A stretch of 64,000 nt of DNA, from IMG/VR virus record IMGVR_UViG_3300025543_005580, positions 32,001 through 96,000 of that record; one strand, 5' to 3'. This stretch comes from a virus. Both the position numbers and the translations under genes were made by a program. The notes below the pieces were generated by a model, which worked only from the letters and a program-made list of their open reading frames with translations, searched no databases and had not been told where the DNA came from. Below, one piece after another: positions 38,720 through 49,154 of the stretch (positions are counted from its first letter, which is position 1; each line of letters begins with the position of its first letter).

Positions 38720-39454
38720 CTACTTTTTATTTCTCCCACTAGTACCGGAAGAACCAGACATAATACCTCGTTCAACAGCATCCTCATATATACCAATTAA
38801 TTCTTCAACAATTGGATCTCTGTGGTTTTGTTTTAATGTAATACTAACCATATTTTTTACTTTTCTAGCAGCTGCATATAGAAATCTAAATCCAGATTCA
38901 CGTTTTGATTTCAGATCTACTTGATGGTCATCACCACAAATTACCATTTTACTACGTAAACCAATACGTGTAGTAATCATTTCCATTTGTTCATGTGTTA
39001 CGTTTTGCGCTTCATCTACAATAACCATACTATCAACAAATGTTCTTCCTCTCATAAATGATACAGGTACAATTTCAATTTTACCTTCTTCAATAAATTT
39101 TTCAATTTTTACTTTATCATATAAAAGAAACATATTCTGATAGATAGGTTGTACCCATGGGTCCATTTTTTCTCTTAAATCACCTGGTAGGAAACCTATA
39201 TCTTCTTTCGATACTGTAGGGCGTGTTATGATAACTTTTTCATATTGTTTTCTAAATAATCCATCTAATGCCACTTGACATGCTAATAATGTTTTACCTG
39301 AACCTGCTGAACCTGCTAATACAGTTAATGTATTATTTAATATTTGTTCTTTTGCTTGTTTTTGTTCTTCATTTAATTGTAATTTAAATTTAATTGGATT
39401 TTTCAATACTTTTTTTTCTCTGAATACCTCATCGGTATGTGATTTTGAAGACAT
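38720..39454 (-). CDS. phoH: PhoH-family ATPase
   Basis: GSAGSGKT, GFLPGD, MRGRTF, DEAQN, TRIG. Start moved to MSSKSH (39454), downstream of the late motif at 39499-39507. Confidence 0.9.
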   Translation of the reverse strand: MSSKSHTDEVFREKKVLKNPIKFKLQLNEEQKQAKEQILNNTLTVLAGSAGSGKTLLACQVALDGLFRKQYEKVIITRPTVSKEDIGFLPGDLREKMDPWVQPIYQNMFLLYDKVKIEKFIEEGKIEIVPVSFMRGRTFVDSMVIVDEAQNVTHEQMEMITTRIGLRSKMVICGDDHQVDLKSKRESGFRFLYAAARKVKNMVSITLKQNHRDPIVEELIGIYEDAVERGIMSGSSGTSGRNKK

Positions 39455-39528
39455 ATACTTTGTTAATTTAGTGAAAATTATATAACTTATTATTTTATTA
39501 TACATATTAATAATATACAATATATAAC

Positions 39529-39557
39529 AAAAAAGAGCCCTGCTTTCGCAGGGCTCC
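39529..39557 (-). terminator. Rho-independent terminator after the major capsid gene
   Basis: GAGCCCTGC-GAAA-GCAGGGCTC followed by a T run on the minus strand. Confidence 0.9.
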
Positions 39558-39590
39558 TTTAATTTAGAATATTACTTCTTAAATCTAATT

Positions 39591-41249
39591 CTAGATAGTA
39601 TCTAAACCAGCTACATAGATTTTACCATAGTACTCAGGACGTAACATCTTCTTAGCGTAACGAGTCATCAAACCTTTACGTGGAGTAAACGTTTCTGGAT
39701 CGTACACAAGAGGAGTCATGATTAATGGAATGTAAGGAGCAAATACAGCACCTGTTTCCAAGAATTGAGAACCTCTATATCCCATTAACATTAAGTTGTT
39801 AGTGAAATATGGATTTTTGTAAACTTTGTAACGGTTATTGATTGTACCAATTTTTTGTACACCAAATGCGTACTCACCTTGAGCAGCATCACCGTTAGCG
39901 TTTGAAGCAAATCCTGGGATTGATTCCAAGATAGTAGCTACTGTTGGAGAAGTAACAATAAAGTTAGCACCACCTCTAAGAGTTAATTGGTGAATTTTAT
40001 TGCTCAATTTCTGCATTTTAGTACCTAAAGTTTGGAACCACTCACCTTGAGAGTTGTAGAAACCAGTTTGTGCTACAGTTGTTGGGAAATCGAAACTTGA
40101 ACCATTCCAAACACCGTTGTTTTTAGCTGTCCAGTACTCAGTACCTGCAGCAGCATCAGCGATTAACATATCTAAGATTTCCAAATCAATTTCCATTGAA
40201 ATGTACTCACTCATGATATTTGTTAATTCAGCTTCAGCATCGATGTTTTGGTATGCAGCTAAATCTTGAGCGAACTCAGGAGTCCATACTGCTTTCAATT
40301 TCTTGGTTTTAGCAGTAATAGCTTGTGATTGCATTTTAACGTTAATTTCTGGAATAACGATGTTAGTCGCAGATAAATCGTTAGGAGATGCGTAACCTGG
40401 AAGTGCTTGGTCAGCTTCAAAATCACCACGGTTAATATCTGTAGTTAACTTGTTGAAGTATACAGAAGCGGGGTTAAACGTAGGCTGTACAGATTGAGAT
40501 ACGAAGAACTCAAGATCAGTACCGTTAGTAGCAACTCTAGTTAAGTCTGAAAGGTTTTCAGCTAAAGTTACATCTGATGAAGAGATAACAAATGCAGCAA
40601 CACCATCTAAATCAGCATTAGCTGGGGCAGCAACAGTTACTTTCCAAATTTCACCTGCAACAAAAGAAGCAGAATATGCATCGTTTACATCGATATCTTT
40701 GTAATCAGCAGAAACAGCAACAGTTACAGAACCTGTAAGGATAGAAGCTGTGAACTGGTTAGTTGAATAAGCAAAACGACCAGCACCGTATAAACCACCT
40801 TCAGCTGCAGGAGTTGAGAATGGATAAGAACCAGCAGCGTTACGATCACCATAAAGTGACTCACCAACTGCGAAAGGAGTTTTAGCATTTCCGTATTGGA
40901 AATCTAAGAAGAACACTAGACCAGAAGGCATGTTCATAGGTTGAACAGAAACGAATTCTTTAGCTACGATAGTACCGAATACTTTTCTTACTAAAGGTAA
41001 AGCAATACCAGCCCAGTTTTCACCTTCAGTACCTGAAGTGAAACCAGAGTTAGTAGAGATTACGTTAGTTTCTGTTACTAATTGTTTTGCTTGGTTTTCG
41101 AGCATCAAAGACATATTGTTCTTCTCAACTTCACCAAGACCTTCAAGTAGTCCTGTTTTAGACCACTTACCTGCTAATTTAGCAGCGTCAGACTGTAGGT
41201 TCTTCCATGAACCAGCAGCAGACTCGAGTAATGAATTTACTTGTGACAT
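39591..41249 (-). CDS. Major capsid protein (gp23-like)
   Basis: LENQ, LVRKVF, SVQPMNMPSGLVF, KLKAVWTPEFAQDL, APYIPL, PRKGLMTRY motifs. Confidence 0.95.
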   Translation of the reverse strand: MSQVNSLLESAAGSWKNLQSDAAKLAGKWSKTGLLEGLGEVEKNNMSLMLENQAKQLVTETNVISTNSGFTSGTEGENWAGIALPLVRKVFGTIVAKEFVSVQPMNMPSGLVFFLDFQYGNAKTPFAVGESLYGDRNAAGSYPFSTPAAEGGLYGAGRFAYSTNQFTASILTGSVTVAVSADYKDIDVNDAYSASFVAGEIWKVTVAAPANADLDGVAAFVISSSDVTLAENLSDLTRVATNGTDLEFFVSQSVQPTFNPASVYFNKLTTDINRGDFEADQALPGYASPNDLSATNIVIPEINVKMQSQAITAKTKKLKAVWTPEFAQDLAAYQNIDAEAELTNIMSEYISMEIDLEILDMLIADAAAGTEYWTAKNNGVWNGSSFDFPTTVAQTGFYNSQGEWFQTLGTKMQKLSNKIHQLTLRGGANFIVTSPTVATILESIPGFASNANGDAAQGEYAFGVQKIGTINNRYKVYKNPYFTNNLMLMGYRGSQFLETGAVFAPYIPLIMTPLVYDPETFTPRKGLMTRYAKKMLRPEYYGKIYVAGLDTI

Positions 41250-41275
41250 TGTTTTTTAATTTTTAATTTTTAATT

Positions 41276-42385
41276 TTACTTAATTCCGGCAAGTTTTTGC
41301 CATCTTGCAACTTGAGAATCAACCTCTACAATAAGTTTTTTAGTCGGGGCATTACCCATTGCTTTTGATGCTCTACCTAAATTTTCTTTAACAACAGACT
41401 TTGCTGGGGTTAAACCTTCGTTTAATGTTTCAAACACTAGTTTAACTTCTGTTACGGTAGTTGCTTTATCAAATGCAGCTAATACTTTTGCTTTTTGGCT
41501 TTCGCTCAAATTTTTACCTCTGAAGATTTTATTAACATAAAGGAGTTTAGCATTCAACATATTAACTTCCATTAATTCTGATTTTAGTGCTTCTACTTCT
41601 TCTTTAATTTTTTCAAGATCTTCTTTCTCGTCCTTCATACCGTCTTTGTAGCCTTCTTCTTCAGCATCTGTACGAGCATCTTCTTCAAGATCTTCTTTCT
41701 CGTCCTTCATGCCGTCCTTGTAGCCTTCTTCCTCAGCGTCAGTACGAGCGTTTTCATCCACAGTTACTTCTTCTTCGTCTTCTACTTCAATATCAACATC
41801 CATATCAGATTCTTCATCTTCTTCGTCTGCATCAATTTCACCTTCTAACTCACCAGCTTTAACCATGTCTGCGATTACGTCTTCAATGAATGATTTAAGA
41901 TCGTCTTCTGACATATCTTCAAGATCAATTTCTTCATCTTCGTCTTTGTCTTCTTCGTCCTCTTTCTCGTCTTCCATTCCGTCGAGGTAACCCTCTTCTT
42001 CTGCGTCTGTACGAGCATCTTCATTTAATTCGTTGTCGAGTTCAGCTAATAATTCGTCTAAATCCATTTCGTCTACTTCTTCAGCTTCATCTACTTCTTT
42101 AGTACCAAGTTTTTTCTTGCCCATTTGGCCTTCGTACCCTTCAGCATCATCTGCTTCATCCATTTTCTTAACTTCTTTAGCTTCTTCTTTAGCTTCATCA
42201 GTTTTCATTTTGGCTTCTTCTAAATCGTCCTCTTCATCCATTTCGGCTAACTTTGCAGATAGCTTTTCTTTTAGATAAGGTGAGAATGATTCTTCAAGTG
42301 CCATTTTTGCATTTGCAATAGCTGTTTCTTTAACTGCTTTAGCATCTGCGATTGCTTCTTTTAACAAATTTCTATTTGTTGCCAT
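41276..42385 (-). CDS. Prohead scaffold/core protein (gp22-like position)
   Basis: Highly acidic coiled-coil between protease and capsid genes. Start moved to MATNRNLLKEAIADAK. Confidence 0.8.
   Translation of the reverse strand: MATNRNLLKEAIADAKAVKETAIANAKMALEESFSPYLKEKLSAKLAEMDEEDDLEEAKMKTDEAKEEAKEVKKMDEADDAEGYEGQMGKKKLGTKEVDEAEEVDEMDLDELLAELDNELNEDARTDAEEEGYLDGMEDEKEDEEDKDEDEEIDLEDMSEDDLKSFIEDVIADMVKAGELEGEIDADEEDEESDMDVDIEVEDEEEVTVDENARTDAEEEGYKDGMKDEKEDLEEDARTDAEEEGYKDGMKDEKEDLEKIKEEVEALKSELMEVNMLNAKLLYVNKIFRGKNLSESQKAKVLAAFDKATTVTEVKLVFETLNEGLTPAKSVVKENLGRASKAMGNAPTKKLIVEVDSQVARWQKLAGIK
41612..41755. repeat. 72-bp (24-aa) tandem repeat DARTDAEEEGYKDGMKDEKEDLEE
   Basis: Copies start at 41612 and 41684; a third diverged copy lies near 41955-42022. 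Confidence 0.85.
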
Positions 42386-42492
42386 TTTTGTCCTCAATTT
42401 AATTGTTGGAAATACGTTTATTGTTGGCGAGTGCCGAAACGTAATAAATAATTTATTTACTGATGCCATATAGGAAATGGCATATTATACTA

Positions 42493-42500
42493 ATACATAT
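42493..42500 (-). promoter_or_regulatory. Putative late promoter, ATATGTAT variant (scaffold/capsid)
   Basis: The same variant occurs at 1907, 39499 and 53507. Confidence 0.65.
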
Positions 42501-42597
42501 ATGGGTATATTTCGAAGTCGCAAAAGAAAAAAAGACCCGAGAGCAGATCTTACGGTATGCAACTCGGGTTCATTTAATGCCTAAGGTAGCAGGCGAG

Positions 42598-43197
42598 TTA
42601 AATTACCGGACAAGTGCCATTAGCACACAGTATTTCCGATAATATTGTATTTACTTTTAAGTATTTATCTACTTGAACTTCTTGTCCTTCTTTAATCATA
42701 TGCATGTATGATCCTGGGTTTGATGGGGTGGAAACAAAATCCCAACATAATAATTCGAAATCGTCTTGGACTTCTAATACACCATTTCTATCCTCTAATG
42801 AACCCATACCTCGTGATGACACACCAACTTGTACGTTATTTTCAATTAATGCTTTAAGAATATTTCCTGATGTTGTAGGTAGTACTTCAATTTTACCCAT
42901 TACTTGATCTCCATCCCACCACATATCTCTAATAATATGGGATACATTTTTAAGATTGATGATAGAGGATTCTGGGTGGTCTAATTCACCTGTTGCTCTA
43001 TTTTCTTTTACAAGTACTCTGTATTTATCGATTTCACGTTCCCATAGATCTTTTGAATAATAACGACCATTGCCATTTTTTACTTCAGCAGTCGCTAAGA
43101 TACCTTCAACTAATGGGTTACCTGATGGGGCTACCGATTCAGTTAAGCTAACTGGTTTAGCATTAAATGCTTGGGTTTCTATGAGGACCTGTTTCAT
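42598..43197 (-). CDS. Prohead protease (gp21-like)
   Basis: NGNGRYY, GELDHP, VSH, GVSSRGMGS, DFVSTPS motifs. Confidence 0.95.
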   Translation of the reverse strand: MKQVLIETQAFNAKPVSLTESVAPSGNPLVEGILATAEVKNGNGRYYSKDLWEREIDKYRVLVKENRATGELDHPESSIINLKNVSHIIRDMWWDGDQVMGKIEVLPTTSGNILKALIENNVQVGVSSRGMGSLEDRNGVLEVQDDFELLCWDFVSTPSNPGSYMHMIKEGQEVQVDKYLKVNTILSEILCANGTCPVI

Positions 43198-43198
43198 A

Positions 43199-43810
43199 TT
43201 AGTATCCTGATTCTTTATATTTGTCTACATCACCATATCCTGATTCTTTGTGTTTACCTTTAGGTTCAACAACTTTACCAGCTCCTGGAACATCATCTTG
43301 GTAACCATCAATTTTAAGACCAAATGCTGAATTAGTAGTATAGAATGTCATATCTTTAGCTAAATTTTTAGCTACAATATCTTTTAATTCTTTAACTGTT
43401 TTATCTTCATTTTTTGGATCTTCCATCTCAACATAATATCCTGATAAGAATGCTTGGCCATAGATATTATCTATGTTTTTTTCATCTTTGTAGTCATAGT
43501 TTTTAGTTTCTAAATCGACTACATCTTTATCAGTTTCTTTTACTTCTGCCTTTACTTCTTCTGCTAAAAAATTAGCAAATGCTGTTTCGTATGAAGTTTT
43601 TTTAGATGTATGTGTTTGATTAGATTCCAAAGAAATAACACCTCCGATACCTTCAGAAATAATATTTTTACCTTGAAGAATATTTACGGTTTGTTCAAAC
43701 GTATTATTAACAGTGAGAAATTTAGGAAATTGTCTCAATGCTTGTTTTAAAAAGAAATTTTTATCTCCTTTTCCTTCTTTAATTAAATTGTACTGTTGTT
43801 GTAGTGTCAT
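43199..43810 (-). CDS. Hypothetical head-associated protein
   Basis: Lies in the head operon; contains LIKE, IISE and FLAEE motifs. Confidence 0.6.
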   Translation of the reverse strand: MTLQQQYNLIKEGKGDKNFFLKQALRQFPKFLTVNNTFEQTVNILQGKNIISEGIGGVISLESNQTHTSKKTSYETAFANFLAEEVKAEVKETDKDVVDLETKNYDYKDEKNIDNIYGQAFLSGYYVEMEDPKNEDKTVKELKDIVAKNLAKDMTFYTTNSAFGLKIDGYQDDVPGAGKVVEPKGKHKESGYGDVDKYKESGY

Positions 43811-43821
43811 GATTATAAATA

Positions 43822-44790
43822 TTAATCTTTAAACATTTCGATTAAATCGTCTAAATAATCTACAGCTAAATCGGTGCCATAAACTACTTTAAAATCGGGG
43901 TTTTGTTTGTAATGGTCCATTGTTTTAATTTTAGCTTTAGCTAATAATGGAATGAGTTCATTTAGTTTATTTTCTACTTTATCAAATCCTAAGATACGAG
44001 AAGTAATGTGTTTTTTTAATGCTGAGCTTTCAATACCTAAATTATTAATATACTCCTCAACATTAATATCTGCTTCATTCAATGGAGTTGTTTTACTTTT
44101 AGATAAATCAACAATTGCTATTGTTTTTGAATCGTGAGGTTTAGGTGCTAATTTATATTTAAAAGTTTTAACTAATACATTATCTTTAACTCCTTCAGGT
44201 CCAGCTGATGGACCTGGGCCCATTGTTGCTCCAGGACCTTCTTCTACTGGGGCTAATTTATATCCATACTTTTTAACTAGTATATCATTATCAGTCCCAT
44301 CTGCATCTTTATTTTTGTTAAAAGCGAATGGGGTATTATATGAACCAGCACCACCAGCAGTTGATATTTCTTCAACATCTTCTTCATTAACAGACAATAT
44401 ATTTATTTCATCTAATAAGTTTTTAGCTTGTCTGTATTGGTCTGGGTAGTTTTTTCTAAGGTGGGTTCTATATTTATTAAATACACTTTTTAAATCATTA
44501 GCAATAGATTGAATACTTGCATCATCTTTTGCTTCTTTACTACTCATTAATATCTTTAAAGCTTTTACTGCTTGAGACATTTGTTTTAATGAATCACCAA
44601 AACTAGCTAATTTAATAACATCATGGGAAACAGAATTAGTTTCAGTATCAATATCTCCTGTTTTAAAATAAGTATCTAAATCATCCGAGAAAAAATCAGT
44701 ATCCTTGATAGGACCATATTGGTCCTCAAGGCGTTTGAGTAAAGCTGGATCTACATCTTTTGGTTTTAAAGATTCGTTTAGATTATTCAT
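43822..44790 (-). CDS. Hypothetical head-associated modular protein
   Basis: LNE/VNE/VEE-delimited segments; duplicated DxxLVKxxxYKLAP. Confidence 0.6.
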   Translation of the reverse strand: MNNLNESLKPKDVDPALLKRLEDQYGPIKDTDFFSDDLDTYFKTGDIDTETNSVSHDVIKLASFGDSLKQMSQAVKALKILMSSKEAKDDASIQSIANDLKSVFNKYRTHLRKNYPDQYRQAKNLLDEINILSVNEEDVEEISTAGGAGSYNTPFAFNKNKDADGTDNDILVKKYGYKLAPVEEGPGATMGPGPSAGPEGVKDNVLVKTFKYKLAPKPHDSKTIAIVDLSKSKTTPLNEADINVEEYINNLGIESSALKKHITSRILGFDKVENKLNELIPLLAKAKIKTMDHYKQNPDFKVVYGTDLAVDYLDDLIEMFKD

Positions 44791-45640
44791 TTGCTAATTT
44801 TAATTCTTCTAATAATTCACAATATTGTAAAAGATTAATTAAGTTATCATCATTAACATGAGATGTTTTACCTAATGGTTGTAATAAATTAGCTACTTCA
44901 TTAATTTTAATCTTAATTACTTGTGATTGAGTTTGAGTCGCTAAAATATTTAATTCTTCTTTTATTAAAGATATTTTATTATTATAATATTCCTTTAATT
45001 TAGGAGTATTATCTACCGAATTAATAAATTCTCTAAGAATTTCTTTTTGATCATTATTTAATGTACCGTACTTATCATTAAATTTTTCTAAAAGGACTCT
45101 ATATGTAAGAATTCTAATATCTTTATCATATGATTGAAATTCTTGAATCAAATCAGCTTCAACTTTTTTAGATTCGATAGGTGAAGCAACCATATATTCT
45201 AATAAGGTTACTTTATTATCAATAATTTGATTAGGATTTGACAATACATCACTATTATATATTTCTAGAAGAGTATATAAAGAAGCATATGTTTTATAAC
45301 TTGGTAATTTAGTTTTAAAAAATTCTTCTAAGTTATAATGTTTAGATATTTCTTTAATTAAGTTATATTTTTGTCTTTTTAAAACACTACGATTAAGTGA
45401 GCGTGAACTCTCAATAATTGTAGTTAAAATCATATCTGCTTTTGCTTCTGATATATTTTGGTGTTTTGAAATAGTCTCGTATAATTTATATTCTTTCCCT
45501 AATTCAGATTTTACAAAGAATTTTTTCATTATTCCAGACGCTTTTGAATTATTACCAGATAAAGTATCCGCCGTAATTTGTCTTACGAGTAATTCAAAAA
45601 GAAGCCCAGTATTTTTATACTTTGAATGTTTAATATTCAT
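44783..45640 (-). CDS. Conserved hypothetical head protein downstream of the portal gene
   Basis: Starts IKHSKYKNTGLLFELLVRQ; helical; late motif at 45656-45664. Confidence 0.65.
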   Translation of the reverse strand: MNIKHSKYKNTGLLFELLVRQITADTLSGNNSKASGIMKKFFVKSELGKEYKLYETISKHQNISEAKADMILTTIIESSRSLNRSVLKRQKYNLIKEISKHYNLEEFFKTKLPSYKTYASLYTLLEIYNSDVLSNPNQIIDNKVTLLEYMVASPIESKKVEADLIQEFQSYDKDIRILTYRVLLEKFNDKYGTLNNDQKEILREFINSVDNTPKLKEYYNNKISLIKEELNILATQTQSQVIKIKINEVANLLQPLGKTSHVNDDNLINLLQYCELLEELKLANE

Positions 45641-45671
45641 TCCCTAGGATTTTATTATAAATATATAAAAA

Positions 45672-47555
45672 TTATTGTTCCTTAATATTACTTTCATCTA
45701 AAAGCGACTCGCCTTCATTCATCAAGCTTAATTTTTTATTAAGAGATTCAAATAATTGTTTATTTTTTAATTTTTCTTGTAATGCTAATGGTGAACCCCC
45801 CTTATATTGTGGTTTAATTGAATCCGATTCGTTATCATCATCTTTCATTCCTTTAGCACCTAAACGATCTTTACCAAAATTATCATCTTGGGTATTACGA
45901 TCTGTTGATTTTTCCTCAGGACGTCCTAATGGTGCTTTTTCATTATACCCATCAGGAACATTTGCTGGGTCTGAATCCATTCTACCAGTTCCATATAATG
46001 AAGCTAGATCATGTGGTGTACCATATGATTTACCTGTTTCTAACGGATCATTACCCTCTGCTTCAATTTGAGTTACGCGGAACTTACGTTTTTGGTCTTG
46101 TACAATTAAATCTCTATATTCATCATATTGATCAACACTGAAATGGAATACGTTTTCATATATCCAATCTGATGGGAATAATTTTGATTCCATCATTGAA
46201 TTGGCTAAATCTACTTTTTGGGTTAATAACGCAATTTTTTCTTGATCATAAATAATAGAAGGTGTTGTTAAACTTAATTCAAAATTAGTTAACGATTCTT
46301 CAGTGTATCCTTGTGTATATAAATGCACTAACGCGATCTTATACAATTCCGATAATACAATACGTTGAATACGATCAATAGTACGAGCAAAACGTATATC
46401 TTCTGCTGCTAATGTAGCTTTACCAGTTAAATCTTTCTCATAACCCATAAATGCTTTAGGCACTTTAAGAGCAGCAAATAATTTATCTCTTAAATATTCA
46501 ACATCTTGAATACCATCATATGTTAGTCCTGGTTGTGTTTCTATTTTGGTAGATGTATCATTACCTCTAATTGGAATATAAAAATCTTCCATTAGGTTTT
46601 GCATGTTATATTTTTGATTATATTCCCCACTTTGTGGATCTATTAATGGAGTACGTTTCATTGTAGAAATAGTTTTCTGCATGAAATTTTCTACTTCATT
46701 TGGTGGAATAGAACCAACATTAATATAGAATGTACGGCGATCAGGACTACGAGATATTCTATGAATTAACATAGCATCTTCCATCAACGCATATTGTTTA
46801 TAAATTCTACGAGCTGGTTCAATATATGAGCGACCATAAGGTAAGAAATTAACATCCGTTAATAAACGGAAGTGAGCCATTTCGTAATTATCGAAATAAA
46901 TAGCATCATCGTTTTCTTGATATGTATTTGGAACACCATAATATCCTGAACCACCTGAATATATTCCTTCTGGGGAGTATTTAAATCTAATAGTACTTGG
47001 GTTTTCTTGATCGTATGCTTCTTGTCTTTCAATATGGTATGCTGTATAAGGTATTACATTATAAACACCAAATTTTTCAGCAATTTCTAATTTAAGGAAA
47101 AAATCACCATATTTGTTCATTTGGCGAATCCATGACCATAAATTAAATTCAATATTTAACACGTCATAAAATAGGTTATATAATATTTTTTGAATATTAT
47201 CATCACTACTTCTAATTTGAAGCACCTCACCCATATCATTTTTTAATGTACACTCATCAGCAATAATATCAAGTGCTGAAGCAACAATAGCGTCATTATC
47301 CATTACATCATAATCTGAGTAGATAAATGTACGCATATATTGGTAATTCATGTTTAGCTGTTGGCCAAACAATGAAGTTGAAGAAGGAGAATAAATACGA
47401 TTGTATTTATCCATCAATGAATTAGTTGCAATGTCTCCCGATTTTTGGATCGAATCAACGTCCATCACTTTAAGTTGGTTACCCCCTTGATTTCTAATGA
47501 TTACATCAGAAGAGAATAAACGTTGTAGTCGAGTAAATAATCTAGTATCTGCCAT
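45672..47555 (-). CDS. Portal protein (gp20-like)
   Basis: EDAMLIHRISRSPDRRTFYINVG, EDFYIP.RG, LFAALKVPK motifs. Confidence 0.95.
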   Translation of the reverse strand: MADTRLFTRLQRLFSSDVIIRNQGGNQLKVMDVDSIQKSGDIATNSLMDKYNRIYSPSSTSLFGQQLNMNYQYMRTFIYSDYDVMDNDAIVASALDIIADECTLKNDMGEVLQIRSSDDNIQKILYNLFYDVLNIEFNLWSWIRQMNKYGDFFLKLEIAEKFGVYNVIPYTAYHIERQEAYDQENPSTIRFKYSPEGIYSGGSGYYGVPNTYQENDDAIYFDNYEMAHFRLLTDVNFLPYGRSYIEPARRIYKQYALMEDAMLIHRISRSPDRRTFYINVGSIPPNEVENFMQKTISTMKRTPLIDPQSGEYNQKYNMQNLMEDFYIPIRGNDTSTKIETQPGLTYDGIQDVEYLRDKLFAALKVPKAFMGYEKDLTGKATLAAEDIRFARTIDRIQRIVLSELYKIALVHLYTQGYTEESLTNFELSLTTPSIIYDQEKIALLTQKVDLANSMMESKLFPSDWIYENVFHFSVDQYDEYRDLIVQDQKRKFRVTQIEAEGNDPLETGKSYGTPHDLASLYGTGRMDSDPANVPDGYNEKAPLGRPEEKSTDRNTQDDNFGKDRLGAKGMKDDDNESDSIKPQYKGGSPLALQEKLKNKQLFESLNKKLSLMNEGESLLDESNIKEQ

Positions 47556-47573
47556 GTTATATATATTATATCC

Positions 47574-47582
47574 TATAAATAT
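47574..47582 (-). promoter_or_regulatory. Putative late promoter (portal)
   Basis: Conserved intergenic motif. Confidence 0.7.
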
Positions 47583-49154
47583 TTAAAGAAGCCACTTAAT
47601 GTCCTCTTTCCCTCCATAAGGGTTATCAATTTGGTAAGGGTTACTTCCATTTTTAGTTCCGTATGCACCAACATACGTAGTTTTATTCATACCTCCTAGG
47701 GTAGCTCTAGTCATATCGTGGGAATGTTGTTGGAATTTGAGTGATGTATCTCTTAAATACATCCCTATACCAAAAGCCATTACTAAATCATCATTATAAC
47801 CTGATTGTGCTTCTGGTCTACCATTTCTCCAGATAAATACTTTCATTTCTTCTAACAAACGTTTGGAACGAATTGTTACTGATCTATCACCAACATATTC
47901 TCTAAATTTGTTTACAACTAATGGTCTTGATCTCATAGACATAGTAAATCCAGGGGTCATATCACTATTACCCTCAAATACTTTAAGATAAGCATCTGCA
48001 GTAAATTGGTCTGATTTAGGGGAATGGTATAAATTTGAATAACCACGTTCAATAATTGAATCAATTGTAGCCCAACCAATTGAAGCGTTTTCTACAGCTA
48101 ACATTGCATTATTATATTCGGATCCTAAACCAACTAAAAAATAACCAAATTCTTTAGGAGACATCTGTCCCCTATATTCACCTACTTGTGTATTAGTTGC
48201 AATATCAATTATATGTGCTGTTGAAAAATCTTTACCATCTCCACGAGCAACATCTGCGGTGATCATATATTCTCTAGAATAATCAGCTGCTTCCCAAATC
48301 CATAAGTTTTGATCTACACCTCGTCTTTCTAATGGATCTTGGATTGTTGTTTCTTTTAAAAATTCAATCCATTCATTATAGAATACAACATCTCCTGATG
48401 TACTAAAATCACAATCACATTCTTGTGCAGCCATTCTAGGATCACCTAGTAATTCATCTTGTCTATCTCTCCATGCTTGGTCCCTTTCAGGGTGAACATA
48501 CCAGGGTAGTTTAATAGGAATAAAGTCATTTTCTTTATTTTCAGCTGATACCCATGTTTTGTGGAACCAATTACCCGTACCATAAGGAGTAGATAATACA
48601 ATAGCACCACCACCAGTTGCTAGGGTTTGTTGAGCTGAGGCCCATATTTCACCAATTTGATCAATAAATGCTGCCTCATCAATTAACAACAAGGAAACGG
48701 CTTCTGATCTACCAGCATCACTACTTGCAGATGTTGCTTTTATTTGTGAGCCATTATTTAATCTAAGTGATAATTTATTATTTTCATCAGCTGGTATTTT
48801 AAGCCAAGAAGGTAAGTTATCATACATAAACTTAACCTTAGTAACCATATTACGAGCTGTTTCTTGCTTTGTCGCAATACAAAGAATATTTTTATCCTTT
48901 TGGAATAACATCATCCATAAAGAATAACCTGCTGATAATGTTGAGATACCTAACTGTCTTGATTTTAAAATAATCGAGTATGGGTTATCTCTAAATAAAT
49001 GTAATGTTTTTTCTTGGAAGGGGTATAGATTAAATAATACTCTACCACGTTGTGGGTGTTGAATATTACAATATTTTTTCATAAAATGAGCTGGGTCTTG
49101 AGCACATTTTAAGTATTCTTGTCTAATTATCGATTTTAAATCTTGATCTGCCAT
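47583..49154 (-). CDS. Terminase large subunit (gp17-like)
   Basis: KSRQLGIST, LIDEAAF, STPYG, ADVARGDGKDFS, DDLVMA motifs. Confidence 0.95.
   Translation of the reverse strand: MADQDLKSIIRQEYLKCAQDPAHFMKKYCNIQHPQRGRVLFNLYPFQEKTLHLFRDNPYSIILKSRQLGISTLSAGYSLWMMLFQKDKNILCIATKQETARNMVTKVKFMYDNLPSWLKIPADENNKLSLRLNNGSQIKATSASSDAGRSEAVSLLLIDEAAFIDQIGEIWASAQQTLATGGGAIVLSTPYGTGNWFHKTWVSAENKENDFIPIKLPWYVHPERDQAWRDRQDELLGDPRMAAQECDCDFSTSGDVVFYNEWIEFLKETTIQDPLERRGVDQNLWIWEAADYSREYMITADVARGDGKDFSTAHIIDIATNTQVGEYRGQMSPKEFGYFLVGLGSEYNNAMLAVENASIGWATIDSIIERGYSNLYHSPKSDQFTADAYLKVFEGNSDMTPGFTMSMRSRPLVVNKFREYVGDRSVTIRSKRLLEEMKVFIWRNGRPEAQSGYNDDLVMAFGIGMYLRDTSLKFQQHSHDMTRATLGGMNKTTYVGAYGTKNGSNPYQIDNPYGGKEDIKWLL

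Noticed and set aside
39591-49154. Introns or inteins in the terminase, portal or capsid genes
   Set aside because: The ORFs are continuous, of ordinary length, and show no intein splice motifs.
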